From: Alphaproteobacteria bacterium
GTDB taxonomy: Bacteria; Pseudomonadota; Alphaproteobacteria; UBA9219; RFNS01
DNA: 42,754 nt
Direction of reading: 5' to 3'
Assembly (NCBI GenBank): GCA_017996055.1
Contig: JAGOHT010000001.1
Location: forward strand, 1 to 42,754
The notes under the pieces are model-generated. The model worked only from the letters and a program-made list of their open reading frames with translations. It was not told the DNA's origin and did no database searches. Each line of letters opens with the position of its first letter. Position 1 is the stretch's first letter. Made by a program: the position numbers and the translations under genes. Shown here piece after piece: positions 17,710 through 28,381 of this stretch.

Positions 17710-18849
17710 TCAGGCTAGAAAGTCATGCACGGCGTCGCAAACTTGCGTCACTTCTGCTTCCGTCAATGTAGGGAAGCTCGGCAGATTGATGCCGGCGGAG
17801 CTGATGGCAACCGCGTTCGGAACCAGCGGTGCGGGTGTTTGAGCATACATTGGCAGTGTGTGGTTCGGGTAGAAGACCGGGCGCGTTTCGATTCCCTGGG
17901 CGCGCAGTGCCTGACGCAGCGGATCGCGCTGCGTGGCGTCATGCACTCCGATCGAGCACATCCAGTAAGAGTGGCTGACGTCGCCGACCACATCATGGAA
18001 TTGCAGGGGCAGTCCGGCGAGGCCATCCCGATACCAGGAGGCGACCAGACGCTTGTGGGCCAGAATTTCGTCCGCTTTTTCCAACTGAGCGAGACCGATA
18101 GCTGCGCAGATATTGGTCATGCGGTAATTATAGCCGATAACATCATGCCAGTATTCGCGATTCTCAGCATTGCCCTGATTACGCAGCTTGCGAATGGTTT
18201 GATGCAAAGATGGGTCTTTGCAGGTGATCATCCCGCCTTCGCCGGTCGTAATGGTTTTGTTGCCGAAGAAGCTATAGGTTGTCACGTCGCTGAAATTACC
18301 GACATGCTTGCCTTTGTAAGCTGCGCCGAAAGCTTCCGCAGAGTCTTCGACTATTTTGAGGTTGTGTTCGTGCGCAATCGCCGCGATGGCATCCATATCG
18401 CTAGGGTGGCCATACAGATGCACCACCATGATAGCCTTGGTGCGCGGTGTGATGGCGGCGCGGATGGAGGCCGGATCAACATTCCAGTCGTCGCGACGCG
18501 AGTCGACAAAAACCGGTGTTGCGCCGACATAGGCAATGGCATTTGTGCTAGCGACATAGGTTAGGCTGGGGACGATGACTTCGTCACCAGGGCCGATGCC
18601 GAGAGCGAGCAGTGCCAAATGTAGAACGACTGTGCCGTTGCATGCGGCTGTTGAGAATGGGTTGCCGGTATAGGCACTGAATTCTTGCTCAAATTTCTCG
18701 ACGAAGGTGCCGCGCGAGGAAATCCACAGCGTGTCGAGGCATTCATTGACGTATTTTTTCTCATTGCCCCAAAAGGCCGGGCGGTAAACTGGAATTGTAA
18801 TTGGTGCGGCAGTGGTGGGGATGGGATCCACTTTCTTGGCGGTTAACAT
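17710..18849 (-). CDS. per: DegT/DnrJ/EryC1/StrS-family PLP aminotransferase, probably GDP-perosamine synthase
   Basis: 379 aa. SFFGNKTITTGEGG carries the PLP lysine, so it is an aminotransferase rather than a ColD-type dehydratase. NYRMTNICAAIGLAQLE is also present. It is adjacent to gmd and manC, and no fcl/rmd reductase gene is present. Confidence 0.75.
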   Translation of the reverse strand: MLTAKKVDPIPTTAAPITIPVYRPAFWGNEKKYVNECLDTLWISSRGTFVEKFEQEFSAYTGNPFSTAACNGTVVLHLALLALGIGPGDEVIVPSLTYVASTNAIAYVGATPVFVDSRRDDWNVDPASIRAAITPRTKAIMVVHLYGHPSDMDAIAAIAHEHNLKIVEDSAEAFGAAYKGKHVGNFSDVTTYSFFGNKTITTGEGGMITCKDPSLHQTIRKLRNQGNAENREYWHDVIGYNYRMTNICAAIGLAQLEKADEILAHKRLVASWYRDGLAGLPLQFHDVVGDVSHSYWMCSIGVHDATQRDPLRQALRAQGIETRPVFYPNHTLPMYAQTPAPLVPNAVAISSAGINLPSFPTLTEAEVTQVCDAVHDFLA

Positions 18850-18891
18850 GCGCGAAGAGCTCCGGCTTAAGGGGAATGGGTGAGGGGACAG

Positions 18892-20070
<1,179 letters not shown>

Positions 20071-21291
20071 CTAGTTTTGCAAAAGCGCCGCGTAACTCGT
20101 AAGGCCAAGTTTTGCTGAGATGTCAGCCTTTGCCTGCTTGCCAAGGTCCTCGGCAAACCGCGGGTCAGACCTTAACCTTTTTAGGTAAGATGCCGCTGCA
20201 TTGATGTCAGGCTCGGCCCAGGTCTGGTTGGGGTCATCGTAGGTTTTTTGCGGATCGTGGGCGGGCACCATGACGAAGGGCACTGGGCAACAATTTTTGG
20301 TGGTTTTGAAAGGCATGCCGCTATCCCAGGCGGTGACGACAACTGGTTTGCCACGAGTCATGCCCAGAGCGCAGGCATAGTTTAATCCGTAGCTACCTTC
20401 AGCGCGATGCAACGACAGCACGATATTGCAGGTTTCAATCAATCCTTCGACCTGCTCCGGCGCATAGGTTTGATCGATAAGCACAATGTTGGCGGCTTGT
20501 GCGGCTATGGCGCGCAGTTGGGCAATACCCTCCGGATAACTTTCGGGATTGATGGTTTTGATGACCAAGATGGTTTGCGGATCATTGGCAAACGCCTGTT
20601 GAAAGGCAGCGATGGCGCCAAGTGGATTCTTGCGAGTGAAGCCCGACGCCATGTTGAACATGGTAAGGATGGCGGTGCAGTTTGAAGGCTTTTGCCACAG
20701 GCGTTCGCCGGGCGGTGTTGCTGGCCCGCGAACCACCGGCGGTGGCGCCAGCTTAATGGGCAGGCGGGTATGACGGCGAACCGCGTCATTGGTCATGCGA
20801 GACAAGCCCCAGACTTCGTGGACGAAGGGCAGGCCGTGCAACCAGTCAGGCGGTAGTTCCGGCAATTCCCAGGCCCAGCAGCCGACGATTTTTTTCTCGG
20901 CTACCAACTGCTTGCCTAGCAGGCGCATGGCAAGTGGCACATAGGGGGCATTGACGTGGAGCATAAGGGTGCCTGTACCGATGTGGTCGTGGCTATCGCG
21001 CCAATCACCGCGCGGTAGATCGCTGCCCTGCATCATCGCCGCGCCGAGATCGATGCCTCGCGCATCATAACCTGCCGCCTTGAAAGCCTGTAACGCTAGG
21101 CGCGCCCATTCGCCGAGACCGGTCGCTGAGGTGAGAAAACCGGCGACGATAATCGGCTCGGGATAGCCCGTGGGCGCAGACAGCATGGGACGGGGCGCCA
21201 GCTGGCGCGTGACGGCAAATAGCAGCGCGCGGCGCTGCGCTTGTGGAAGACACTGCCACCCACGATGGAGGATTTTGCGCAGGGCGCTCAT
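20071..21291 (-). CDS. Glycosyltransferase (GT-B, family 1/4-like)
   Basis: 406 aa with an ATGA overlap with the upstream GT gene. The C-terminal LSLHRAEGSYGLNYACALGMTRGKPVVVT resembles the GT4 EX7E region. Confidence 0.6.
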   Translation of the reverse strand: MSALRKILHRGWQCLPQAQRRALLFAVTRQLAPRPMLSAPTGYPEPIIVAGFLTSATGLGEWARLALQAFKAAGYDARGIDLGAAMMQGSDLPRGDWRDSHDHIGTGTLMLHVNAPYVPLAMRLLGKQLVAEKKIVGCWAWELPELPPDWLHGLPFVHEVWGLSRMTNDAVRRHTRLPIKLAPPPVVRGPATPPGERLWQKPSNCTAILTMFNMASGFTRKNPLGAIAAFQQAFANDPQTILVIKTINPESYPEGIAQLRAIAAQAANIVLIDQTYAPEQVEGLIETCNIVLSLHRAEGSYGLNYACALGMTRGKPVVVTAWDSGMPFKTTKNCCPVPFVMVPAHDPQKTYDDPNQTWAEPDINAAASYLKRLRSDPRFAEDLGKQAKADISAKLGLTSYAALLQN

Positions 21292-22445
21292 GCCACTTTC
21301 CCAGTTTGTGCCATGACATGACGGAACAGGTTGGCATAGAGCGCGCCTTGCGCCATGAAGGTATTCTGGGCGCGAAAAGCCGTAACCGCCTTCCCCATGC
21401 GTTCATAGCGGATTGGGTCGAGCATTTGCAGCATTGCAGTCGCCACCGCCTCAGCGGTCGCCGCTTTGCTGCGTAAACCGGTTTGGTCTGGTACAACCTG
21501 TTCGGCTAGGCCGCCGACCGGCGTTACGATGACCGGTAGACCGGCAGCATAGGCCTGACTGGTCACGCCGGACTGGCTCGCTTCCGTATAAGGCAGCACG
21601 ACCGCGTCAGCCTCATTGAGATGACCTGTAATCTCAGCATCACTGAGCCAGCGATTGATGATGGTGCAATCCGGCAGCTTAGCCAAAGCAGCTTGATAAG
21701 GGGTGAAATCGCCTGCGCCAACGATCCAAAGTTCACAAGGCCGCTGAGTTTGAGCGCGCAGCAAATGATACGCCTCCGCGAGAAGCGTCAGCCCTTTATA
21801 GGCCATGATGCGGCCGAAGAAGAGAAAGCGGAAGGGGCGGTTGGTTGGGAAAAGACGCGCTTCCTGTCGTGCGCCGAGCATGGCCGGAATACCATAAGGA
21901 ATGACGCTGATATTGCTGCGAGGAAAATGGTTTAACTGCGAGACACCATTAGCGACAGCTTCGGATAGGGTAATGATGGCGCGCGCTGCATTGACCTCGC
22001 GTTGCCGTCGCCAGCACCAGAATGGTTGTGCTTCACCCGGATGCGGCTTGGCGTCATGAAGGACGGGGATATAAGCAGCGCCGCTGGCGGTAACACAATC
22101 CACTAGGAACGGAGTCCAGAGGTGATTCATGGTCGATAGGACAATATCGAAGCGATGTTTACGCAAGAACTTGTTAAAGCTATGGCGGATTAATGGTAAG
22201 CGCAGCGTCGTGAGCGCAAAACTCTTACGGTCATCATAGGTTGGCACTATGGTAAGCGGCAGCTCGAGCGCTTCGGTCTCGTCGCGGAGGGCGTTGCCCG
22301 CTGCGATGCTGCCCTCTACCTTCAAGCCAGGCTGTGCTGCCAAGCTACGCAGCAGTTCCAGGGCATAAAGCGGTCCGGCACCGGTGCGCCCCCAATACCA
22401 AATTAATACACGACAAGGAGGCACAGTCTCAGCCGACACGGCCAT
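21288..22445 (-). CDS. Glycosyltransferase family 4
   Basis: FLFFGRIMAYKGL and YTEASQSGVTSQAYAAGLPVIVTPVGGLAEQV match the GT4 pattern. Start placed at the second ATG of MPMAVS (GGAAG 6 nt upstream), which leaves a 17 nt overlap with manC instead of the 155 nt overlap of the track ORF. Confidence 0.75.
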   Translation of the reverse strand: MAVSAETVPPCRVLIWYWGRTGAGPLYALELLRSLAAQPGLKVEGSIAAGNALRDETEALELPLTIVPTYDDRKSFALTTLRLPLIRHSFNKFLRKHRFDIVLSTMNHLWTPFLVDCVTASGAAYIPVLHDAKPHPGEAQPFWCWRRQREVNAARAIITLSEAVANGVSQLNHFPRSNISVIPYGIPAMLGARQEARLFPTNRPFRFLFFGRIMAYKGLTLLAEAYHLLRAQTQRPCELWIVGAGDFTPYQAALAKLPDCTIINRWLSDAEITGHLNEADAVVLPYTEASQSGVTSQAYAAGLPVIVTPVGGLAEQVVPDQTGLRSKAATAEAVATAMLQMLDPIRYERMGKAVTAFRAQNTFMAQGALYANLFRHVMAQTGKVA

Positions 22446-23877
22446 AGGCATCTTCCACCCGAACAATATCGTCTTCTTCGAGATAAGACCCTGATTGCAC
22501 CTCAATGAGCCGTAGCGGTACTTTGCCAGGATTTTCCAGCCGATGGACTTCACCTGCCGGAATGTAGGTCGATTCATTCTCACGCAGCAGGAACTGCTTG
22601 TCGCCGCGCGTCACGACGGCGGTGCCGGACACCACGACCCAATGTTCGCTGCGGTGAAAATGCTTCTGCAATGAAAGTTTGCAGCCTGGATGAACGACGA
22701 TTTGCTTGACATGGAAGCGTGGTCCGGCATCGATGGTCATGAACCAGCCCCAGGGTCGGTTGACGATGATATCCGTCTCGGTCTCACGGCGATTGGCGGC
22801 TTTCAGCTTCTCGACCATTTGCTTGATTTTCTGGTCGCTCTTTTTGTCGGCAACCAGTACGGCATCGCGGGTTGCCACTACCACGAGATCACGGAGGCCG
22901 ATGGTTGCCACCAGCTTGTTCTCGCTTTGGATGTAGCAATTCTCGGTATCCAGGGTGACGGCATCGCCGTGGACGACATTGCCGTCGCCATCTTTCACGC
23001 CATCCTGCCATACAGCCGTCCAGGAGCCGACATCCGACCAGCCCATCGCTACGGGCACAACGGCGGCCTTGGCGGCATGTTCCATCACGGCATAGTCGAT
23101 CGAGTCGCCCTTAATGGCGGCAAAGCTGTCGCCCAGGCGATAAAAAAACAAATCCTGCTTCGCTTCGGCGAGGGCAGCGCGGCAGGAGGCCAACATGGCG
23201 GGCTGCAACCGCTCCAGCTCCGCGAGATAGTCCCGCGCGCGGAACAGGAAGATGCCGCTGTTCCAATAATAATGCCCGTCGGCGACATAGCGCTCCGCCG
23301 TTGCGCGGTCGGGCTTCTCAACAAATTGCGCGATGGCGAAGGCTTGGTCATTCAATGCCGCGCCGCGCTTGATATAGCCATAGCCAGTTTCCGGCGTCGC
23401 GGGGTCTATGCCGAAGGTGACCAGAAAACCTTGCCGGGCAATCACTGCGGCGGCATTGACAGCTGCGTAGAACTGATCGGGGCGGCGAATGACATGGTCC
23501 GCGGGGCTGATGAGCAGAAGGGCTTCCGGATTTTTTTCCTGCAGCAAAGCGGCAATGGCGACAGCAGGTGCGGTGTTACGTCCCACAGGTTCGACCAGCA
23601 CGCTGCCGGGCTGGATGCCGATCTCCTGGAGTTGTTCGCCGACGATAAACCGGTGTTCGTGATTGCAAATCACGATGGGCGCTTGGAAATTGTTACCTTG
23701 CAAGCGCACCGCTGTTTCCTGAAATAGCGTTTTGTCGCCATTTAAGGCATGAAATTGCTTGGGGCTCACCGCACGTGAGAGCGGCCACAGGCGCGTTCCG
23801 GACCCGCCGGACAGAATGACTGGTACAATCGGCGGCGTCGTGGTTGACGCGGCGTCAGCGCTTGCAGGTGTTGTCAT
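22429..23877 (-). CDS. manC: Bifunctional mannose-1-phosphate guanylyltransferase / mannose-6-phosphate isomerase (type II PMI-GMP)
   Basis: 482 aa with an N-terminal VILSGGSGTRLWPLSR nucleotidyltransferase motif and a C-terminal cupin (HFHRSEHWVVVSGTA...YIPAGEVHRLENPG). Confidence 0.93.
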   Translation of the reverse strand: MTTPASADAASTTTPPIVPVILSGGSGTRLWPLSRAVSPKQFHALNGDKTLFQETAVRLQGNNFQAPIVICNHEHRFIVGEQLQEIGIQPGSVLVEPVGRNTAPAVAIAALLQEKNPEALLLISPADHVIRRPDQFYAAVNAAAVIARQGFLVTFGIDPATPETGYGYIKRGAALNDQAFAIAQFVEKPDRATAERYVADGHYYWNSGIFLFRARDYLAELERLQPAMLASCRAALAEAKQDLFFYRLGDSFAAIKGDSIDYAVMEHAAKAAVVPVAMGWSDVGSWTAVWQDGVKDGDGNVVHGDAVTLDTENCYIQSENKLVATIGLRDLVVVATRDAVLVADKKSDQKIKQMVEKLKAANRRETETDIIVNRPWGWFMTIDAGPRFHVKQIVVHPGCKLSLQKHFHRSEHWVVVSGTAVVTRGDKQFLLRENESTYIPAGEVHRLENPGKVPLRLIEVQSGSYLEEDDIVRVEDAYGRVG

Positions 23878-23981
23878 GGCCTTGCTCCGTCAGGCTTGGC
23901 AAAATCAGCCCCCAGCAGTAGCAAATTCAGCTAAACTGTGCCAATGCTTTATCGAAGAACTCCGAGCAAGATGAGCTAACC

Positions 23982-24551
23982 ATGAAATCGCTTTCCCAGC
24001 ATTTGCTAGACTCTGCCGCATTGATTGCCAGTATGCCACAGCATAGTGCAGCGCTGCGTGCTGATGCCGCCGTTGCGGCGATTGCTGCTGCGTTCAAAAC
24101 CCATAAACCTTTACTGGTCTGCGGCAATGGCGGGTCGGCGGCGGACGCGCAGCATATTGCCGGCGAGATGGTCGGGCGTTTTCTCAAGGAGCGTCGCGGT
24201 TATCCCTGTATCGCGCTGACAGCGGATAGCGCCATCATGACGGCGGTCGGCAATGACTATGGCTATGAGCAGGTTTTCGTCCGTCAGGTCGAAGCCTATG
24301 GGCAGGCCGGTGGGGTTTTGTGGGGGATTAGCACCTCCGGCAATTCGGCGAATGTCGTCGCGGCTTTTACAAAAGCCAAGACGCTGGGTCTGACGACAAT
24401 CGCTATGACAGGTGAGGGCGGTGGCAAACTCGCGGCGCTCACCGATATTCTCATTGATGTGCCGTCGCGCCATACGCCCTATATCCAGCAGGTGCATCTC
24501 TGCCTCTATCATTATATCTGCGAGGCGGTCGAAGCGGCGCTGATCCCATGA
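23982..24551 (+). CDS. gmhA: D-sedoheptulose-7-phosphate isomerase (SIS domain)
   Basis: 189 aa with LLVCGNGGSAADAQHIAGEMVGRF, NDYGYEQVFVRQVEA and ISTSGNSANV, the typical GmhA pattern. It is divergent from manC. Confidence 0.85.
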   Translation: MKSLSQHLLDSAALIASMPQHSAALRADAAVAAIAAAFKTHKPLLVCGNGGSAADAQHIAGEMVGRFLKERRGYPCIALTADSAIMTAVGNDYGYEQVFVRQVEAYGQAGGVLWGISTSGNSANVVAAFTKAKTLGLTTIAMTGEGGGKLAALTDILIDVPSRHTPYIQQVHLCLYHYICEAVEAALIP

Positions 24552-25423
24552 TTCCCGCTGATTTCCCCGTTGGGCTCAGTAAGATCGCTGACCGCTACGA
24601 AGCCTTTGTGTTTGATTTATGGGGCGTGTTGCATGATGGCACGGCACTCTTTGCGGGAGTATTGCCCGTGTTTGCGGGGCTGCGTGCGGCTGGCAAGAAA
24701 ATCGGCATTCTGTCCAATTCTCCCAGGCCTGTAGTTTTCGCCGCTGCCAATATCGCCAATAAATTCAGCCTCCGTCAGGGGGAGCATTACGATGCGCTGC
24801 TCACCTCAGGACAACTTGCTTATGAAGCCTTGCAGGAGCGCGGCGATGCCTGGCTCAGCCGTTTGGGGCAGCGCTGTCTGACAATTGGCCCCGCGCATGA
24901 AACTGCGCCATATCTGGCGCTTGGACTACAGGCCGCAGCGGAACCAGAAAATGCTGACTTTATTCTGTGCACGGGGGTTGCACCCGGTAAAGAAAAGCTC
25001 AGCGATTATGAACCGCAGTTCTCGCGTTGGCGCGAAGCGGGGTTACCGCTGCTGTGCGCTAACCCGGACCGCACGGTTATGCGCGGCACGCGTCTGGGCA
25101 TCGCGGGTGGGTCTATCGCAGAGGCCTATCGCACAGCGGGCGGCGATGTGCGTGATGATTTTGGCAAGCCGTATGAGTCAGTGTTCAAGCGCATTATTAC
25201 GGAATTGCAGAGCACCCCGACGCGCTGTCTGATGATCGGTGATAATTTGCATACCGATATTTGGGGTGCGAATAGTGCCGGGTTGCGTAGTATGTGGATC
25301 ACCACCGGTGTTCATGCGCCGGAGCTGGAGCGACTTGGCATCGGCACGCATGAGCAACTGCGTGCCTATATCGCAGCACAAAAACGTCAGGCGACGCATA
25401 TGATGAGTGAGCTGCGCTGGTGA
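24548..25423 (+). CDS. HAD-superfamily hydrolase, subfamily IIA (TIGR01459-like)
   Basis: ATGA overlap with gmhA. Motif I is FVFDLWGVLHDG, motif II is ILSNS, and motifs III/IV are K...GDNLHTDIWGANSAG. Confidence 0.75.
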   Translation: MIPADFPVGLSKIADRYEAFVFDLWGVLHDGTALFAGVLPVFAGLRAAGKKIGILSNSPRPVVFAAANIANKFSLRQGEHYDALLTSGQLAYEALQERGDAWLSRLGQRCLTIGPAHETAPYLALGLQAAAEPENADFILCTGVAPGKEKLSDYEPQFSRWREAGLPLLCANPDRTVMRGTRLGIAGGSIAEAYRTAGGDVRDDFGKPYESVFKRIITELQSTPTRCLMIGDNLHTDIWGANSAGLRSMWITTGVHAPELERLGIGTHEQLRAYIAAQKRQATHMMSELRW

Positions 25424-26112
25424 GCATCGTGCCTGCTGATCATTTGCAAATCTTGTTCCAAGATGACTCTGTTCTTATCATCAACAAACCAGCGGGTTTG
25501 CCAGTGCATAAGGGCGTCGGTGGCGGCGTGACGCTCACCGATTATCTTGATGATTTGCGTTTTGGTTTGAAGCAGCTGCCGCAACTGGCGCATCGGCTAG
25601 ATCGCGACACCAGCGGTTGTCTCGTGCTGGGGCGCACGCCGGAGGCTTTGCGGCGGTTGGGGAAGTTGTTTGCCGCTAATCAGGTGCAAAAGACTTATTG
25701 GGCCGTGGTGCAGGAACAGCCGCCGGAACAGACCGGTCGTGTCGTTGCGCCGTTACTGCGGGTGCAGGGGACGCTAGGCGGTTTTGGCTTCCGCATGGCG
25801 GTGGATGCGAAGGGGCAGGATGCGGCCACCACTTATCGGGTGCTAGGGCAGAGCGCCGATGGTGCTTATAGCTGGCTCACGCTGTCGCCTGAAACCGGGC
25901 GGACGCATCAGCTGCGGGTGCATTGCGCGCATATCGGCTGCCCGATTGTCGGTGACGATAAATATGGGCTGGCACCGCGCAACGCCGCGCTGCTGCTCCA
26001 TGCTTACAGCTTGAGCCTGCCGCTTTATGCGAAACGCGATCCGATTGTGGTGACGGCACTGCCACCTGCGTATTTTTCTGAAAAAATTGCTGCTTTTACC
26101 AAAGCGCAATAG
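25420..26112 (+). CDS. RluA-family pseudouridine synthase
   Basis: GTGA overlap with the HAD gene. It has the HRLDRDTSGCLVLG catalytic-Asp motif and a C-terminal GRTHQLRVH. Confidence 0.85.
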   Translation: MSIVPADHLQILFQDDSVLIINKPAGLPVHKGVGGGVTLTDYLDDLRFGLKQLPQLAHRLDRDTSGCLVLGRTPEALRRLGKLFAANQVQKTYWAVVQEQPPEQTGRVVAPLLRVQGTLGGFGFRMAVDAKGQDAATTYRVLGQSADGAYSWLTLSPETGRTHQLRVHCAHIGCPIVGDDKYGLAPRNAALLLHAYSLSLPLYAKRDPIVVTALPPAYFSEKIAAFTKAQ

Positions 26113-26178
26113 CGCGTGACGATATTGCTTTCAGGCCGTGAAATTGATTATTAGACTGATATTCAAGGAGTTAATTGC

Positions 26179-27030
26179 GTGTCGAAAATGAACGATTCGG
26201 TTTTTGCCAATGCACAACAGCAACTGACACGTTGGGGCACGGGGTTGGCGCGTAGCTTAGGGCAACGGCGTTTTGCTGCGGCGCAAACAGGCATGTTTGA
26301 TGCTCTGATGCATTTTCCGCGCACCATGCCTCCGGCGCTCGTCGTGTTTGGCGGCGGCCCAATGACACCGGTGATCACGGCGCAGGCGGCGGGCATCGTC
26401 CATGCGAACAACGTGATTGAAAGGGTCTATTTCACGGGCGGTGCAGTCATCACACAGACTTCTTTTGCCACACAACTGTTGCCGCGCATGGCGGAGGCGG
26501 GGCATTCGTTGCCGAAGCCGCAGGAAGTCGAAGCGCATTATATGGAGCGGGTCTTTCAGGATGGCTTGGCGCGGCTGGGCGGGCGCAGCGCGCCGCTGCA
26601 AATCCTGCTCGATCCGCTGGGGCGCAACACCGGCGAGAATTGTCGCAATGTCGGTCAGCAGCTGGGGGCGGAGAAGGAACCGGCGCTTGCTCTGTTGGTG
26701 CTGCCCTATCATGCTTTGCGCACTATGGCGACCTGGCGACAGCAGGTTAGCAGCAGTCAGCCGCTCAAGCCCATCATGGCCTGGCCAGAGCGCGAATTGG
26801 GGATTGCCCCCAATAACTGGCAGCAGAGCCCACTGGCGCTCGCGGTTGTCGCAGGTGAAACCGGTAAAATTTTGGGTAACAATCCAGATTATGTTCGTAA
26901 AGGCTTTTGTACGAAGCCTGATGCTCCGCGGGACCGGGCAATTTATCAAAGCTATAGCGCGGATCAACAAATGGCGTTGCGCCCCAGCCCAACGGTAACC
27001 AACAGTCCGCAGCAGCCGACCGCGCCGTAA
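26179..27030 (+). CDS. DUF218/YdcF-like domain protein with a Pro/Gln-rich C-terminal tail
   Basis: GTG start 8 nt after AAGGAG. The segments ALVVFGGG, EAHYMERVF, LDPLGRNTGENCRNV and LLVLPYHALRT fit the YdcF/SanA pattern (vvLGgg...S.nT.EN...vTs.yH..R). Confidence 0.55.
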   Translation: MSKMNDSVFANAQQQLTRWGTGLARSLGQRRFAAAQTGMFDALMHFPRTMPPALVVFGGGPMTPVITAQAAGIVHANNVIERVYFTGGAVITQTSFATQLLPRMAEAGHSLPKPQEVEAHYMERVFQDGLARLGGRSAPLQILLDPLGRNTGENCRNVGQQLGAEKEPALALLVLPYHALRTMATWRQQVSSSQPLKPIMAWPERELGIAPNNWQQSPLALAVVAGETGKILGNNPDYVRKGFCTKPDAPRDRAIYQSYSADQQMALRPSPTVTNSPQQPTAP

Positions 27031-27106
27031 CGTCCACGGGTCATAGAGAGATTGCAGCCAATCCCGCCATCGGGCATCATACGCGCGCAAACAAAAGGAT
27101 TTCATC

Positions 27107-28381
27107 ATGCGTCTCAGCCAACTTGTCACCAAGACCAGCAAAGATACTAGCCAGAGCGATGTCAGTCGCAATGCGCAGCTGCTCACGCGCGCCGGTTACG
27201 TCAATAAACTGATGGCTGGGGTCTATAGTTATCTGCCGCTAGGGTTGCGCGCACTCAATAAGATTGAGCAGATTATTCGCGAAGAGATGAATGGGCTGGG
27301 CGCGCAGGAAGTGCTGCTGCCCGCGCTGCAGCCGCGCGAAATCTGGGATCAGACGGGGCGCTGGGATACGGTGGATGTGCTCTTCCGCTTCAAGGGCGCG
27401 GGCGACCGTGACCTGGCGTTGGGGCCGACGCATGAAGAAGTGGTGACGCCGCTGGTCACCAGCTTCGTGCAGTCCTATCGCGACTTGCCGCGTGCGGTTT
27501 ATCAAATCCAGACCAAGTTCCGCAACGAAGCGCGGGCGAAATCTGGCCTGCTGCGCGGGCGCGAATTCCGTATGAAGGACATGTATAGCTTTCATTCTAC
27601 GCCAGAGGATTTGGACGCGTTTTATGACCAGGCGCTCGCCGCCTATAAGAAGGTCTATGATCGTTGCGGCCTCGGTGCCATCACGCTGGTGACCTATGCG
27701 TCGGGCGGCATCTTCAGCAAATATTCGCATGAGTTCCAGACGCTGACCGAATATGGCGAGGATACGGTTTTCCGCGCGCCGGGCGGCAGCATCGCCATCA
27801 ATAAAGAAGTGGTCGAGGATGTCGAGGCGCTGCGCGCCATCGTGCCGGGCTATCAGGGCGGTCAGGTCGAGCTGGAGGAAGCCAAGGCGATTGAGGTTGG
27901 GAATATCTTCAAGCTGTCAACTCGCTTCCCTGATGCGTTTAACGCCACTTATACCGATGCGGCGGGCGGGCAGCAGAAAATTTATATGGGCTGCTACGGC
28001 ATTGGTCCTAGCCGGTTGCTCGGCACCATTGCGGAATGTCTGAGTGATGATAAGGGGCTGATTTGGCCGGACGAAGTCGCGCCCTATACGGTGCATCTGG
28101 TCTCCCTCGCCCGCACGCCAGAGGAGACGGAAGCTGCCGAACGTGTTTATGCTCAGCTCACCGCGCAGGGCATCGATGTGCTGTATGATGACCGTGTTGG
28201 TCCGCAAACCGGCGAGAAGCTGGCAGATGCCGATTTGATGGGGATGCCACATCGACTCGTCATCAGCAAGAAAACGCTGGCTGCCAACGGTATTGAATGG
28301 AAGCCGCGCCGCGCGGCAGAAAGCCAGGTGCTCCCTTTTGAGCAGTTTTTGGCACAAGGCTTCCAGGTGAAAACGCCATGA
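27107..28381 (+). CDS. proS: Proline--tRNA ligase, short bacterial form without the INS editing domain
   Basis: 424 aa with AAAGGA upstream. The N-terminus is MRLSQL...LLTRAGYVNKLMAGVYSYLPLGLRALNKIEQIIREEM. It has the class II motifs (FRNEARAKSGLLRGREFRMKDMYSFH; GCYGIGPSRL) and a C-terminal HGTP-type anticodon-binding domain (YTVHLVSL...DDR...GEKLADADLMGMPHRLVIS). Confidence 0.85.
   Translation: MRLSQLVTKTSKDTSQSDVSRNAQLLTRAGYVNKLMAGVYSYLPLGLRALNKIEQIIREEMNGLGAQEVLLPALQPREIWDQTGRWDTVDVLFRFKGAGDRDLALGPTHEEVVTPLVTSFVQSYRDLPRAVYQIQTKFRNEARAKSGLLRGREFRMKDMYSFHSTPEDLDAFYDQALAAYKKVYDRCGLGAITLVTYASGGIFSKYSHEFQTLTEYGEDTVFRAPGGSIAINKEVVEDVEALRAIVPGYQGGQVELEEAKAIEVGNIFKLSTRFPDAFNATYTDAAGGQQKIYMGCYGIGPSRLLGTIAECLSDDKGLIWPDEVAPYTVHLVSLARTPEETEAAERVYAQLTAQGIDVLYDDRVGPQTGEKLADADLMGMPHRLVISKKTLAANGIEWKPRRAAESQVLPFEQFLAQGFQVKTP

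Noticed and set aside
22690-23727. 345 aa plus-strand ORF antisense to manC
   Set aside because: manC on the minus strand is unambiguous, with nucleotidyltransferase and cupin motifs. The plus-strand ORF is a shadow frame.
26257-27186. 309 aa minus-strand ORF antisense to the DUF218-like gene and overlapping the proS start
   Set aside because: It is extremely Arg-rich with a junk-like composition, no RBS and no motif. It is the typical antisense shadow ORF of a GC-rich coding region. The plus-strand gene has an AAGGAG RBS and family motifs.
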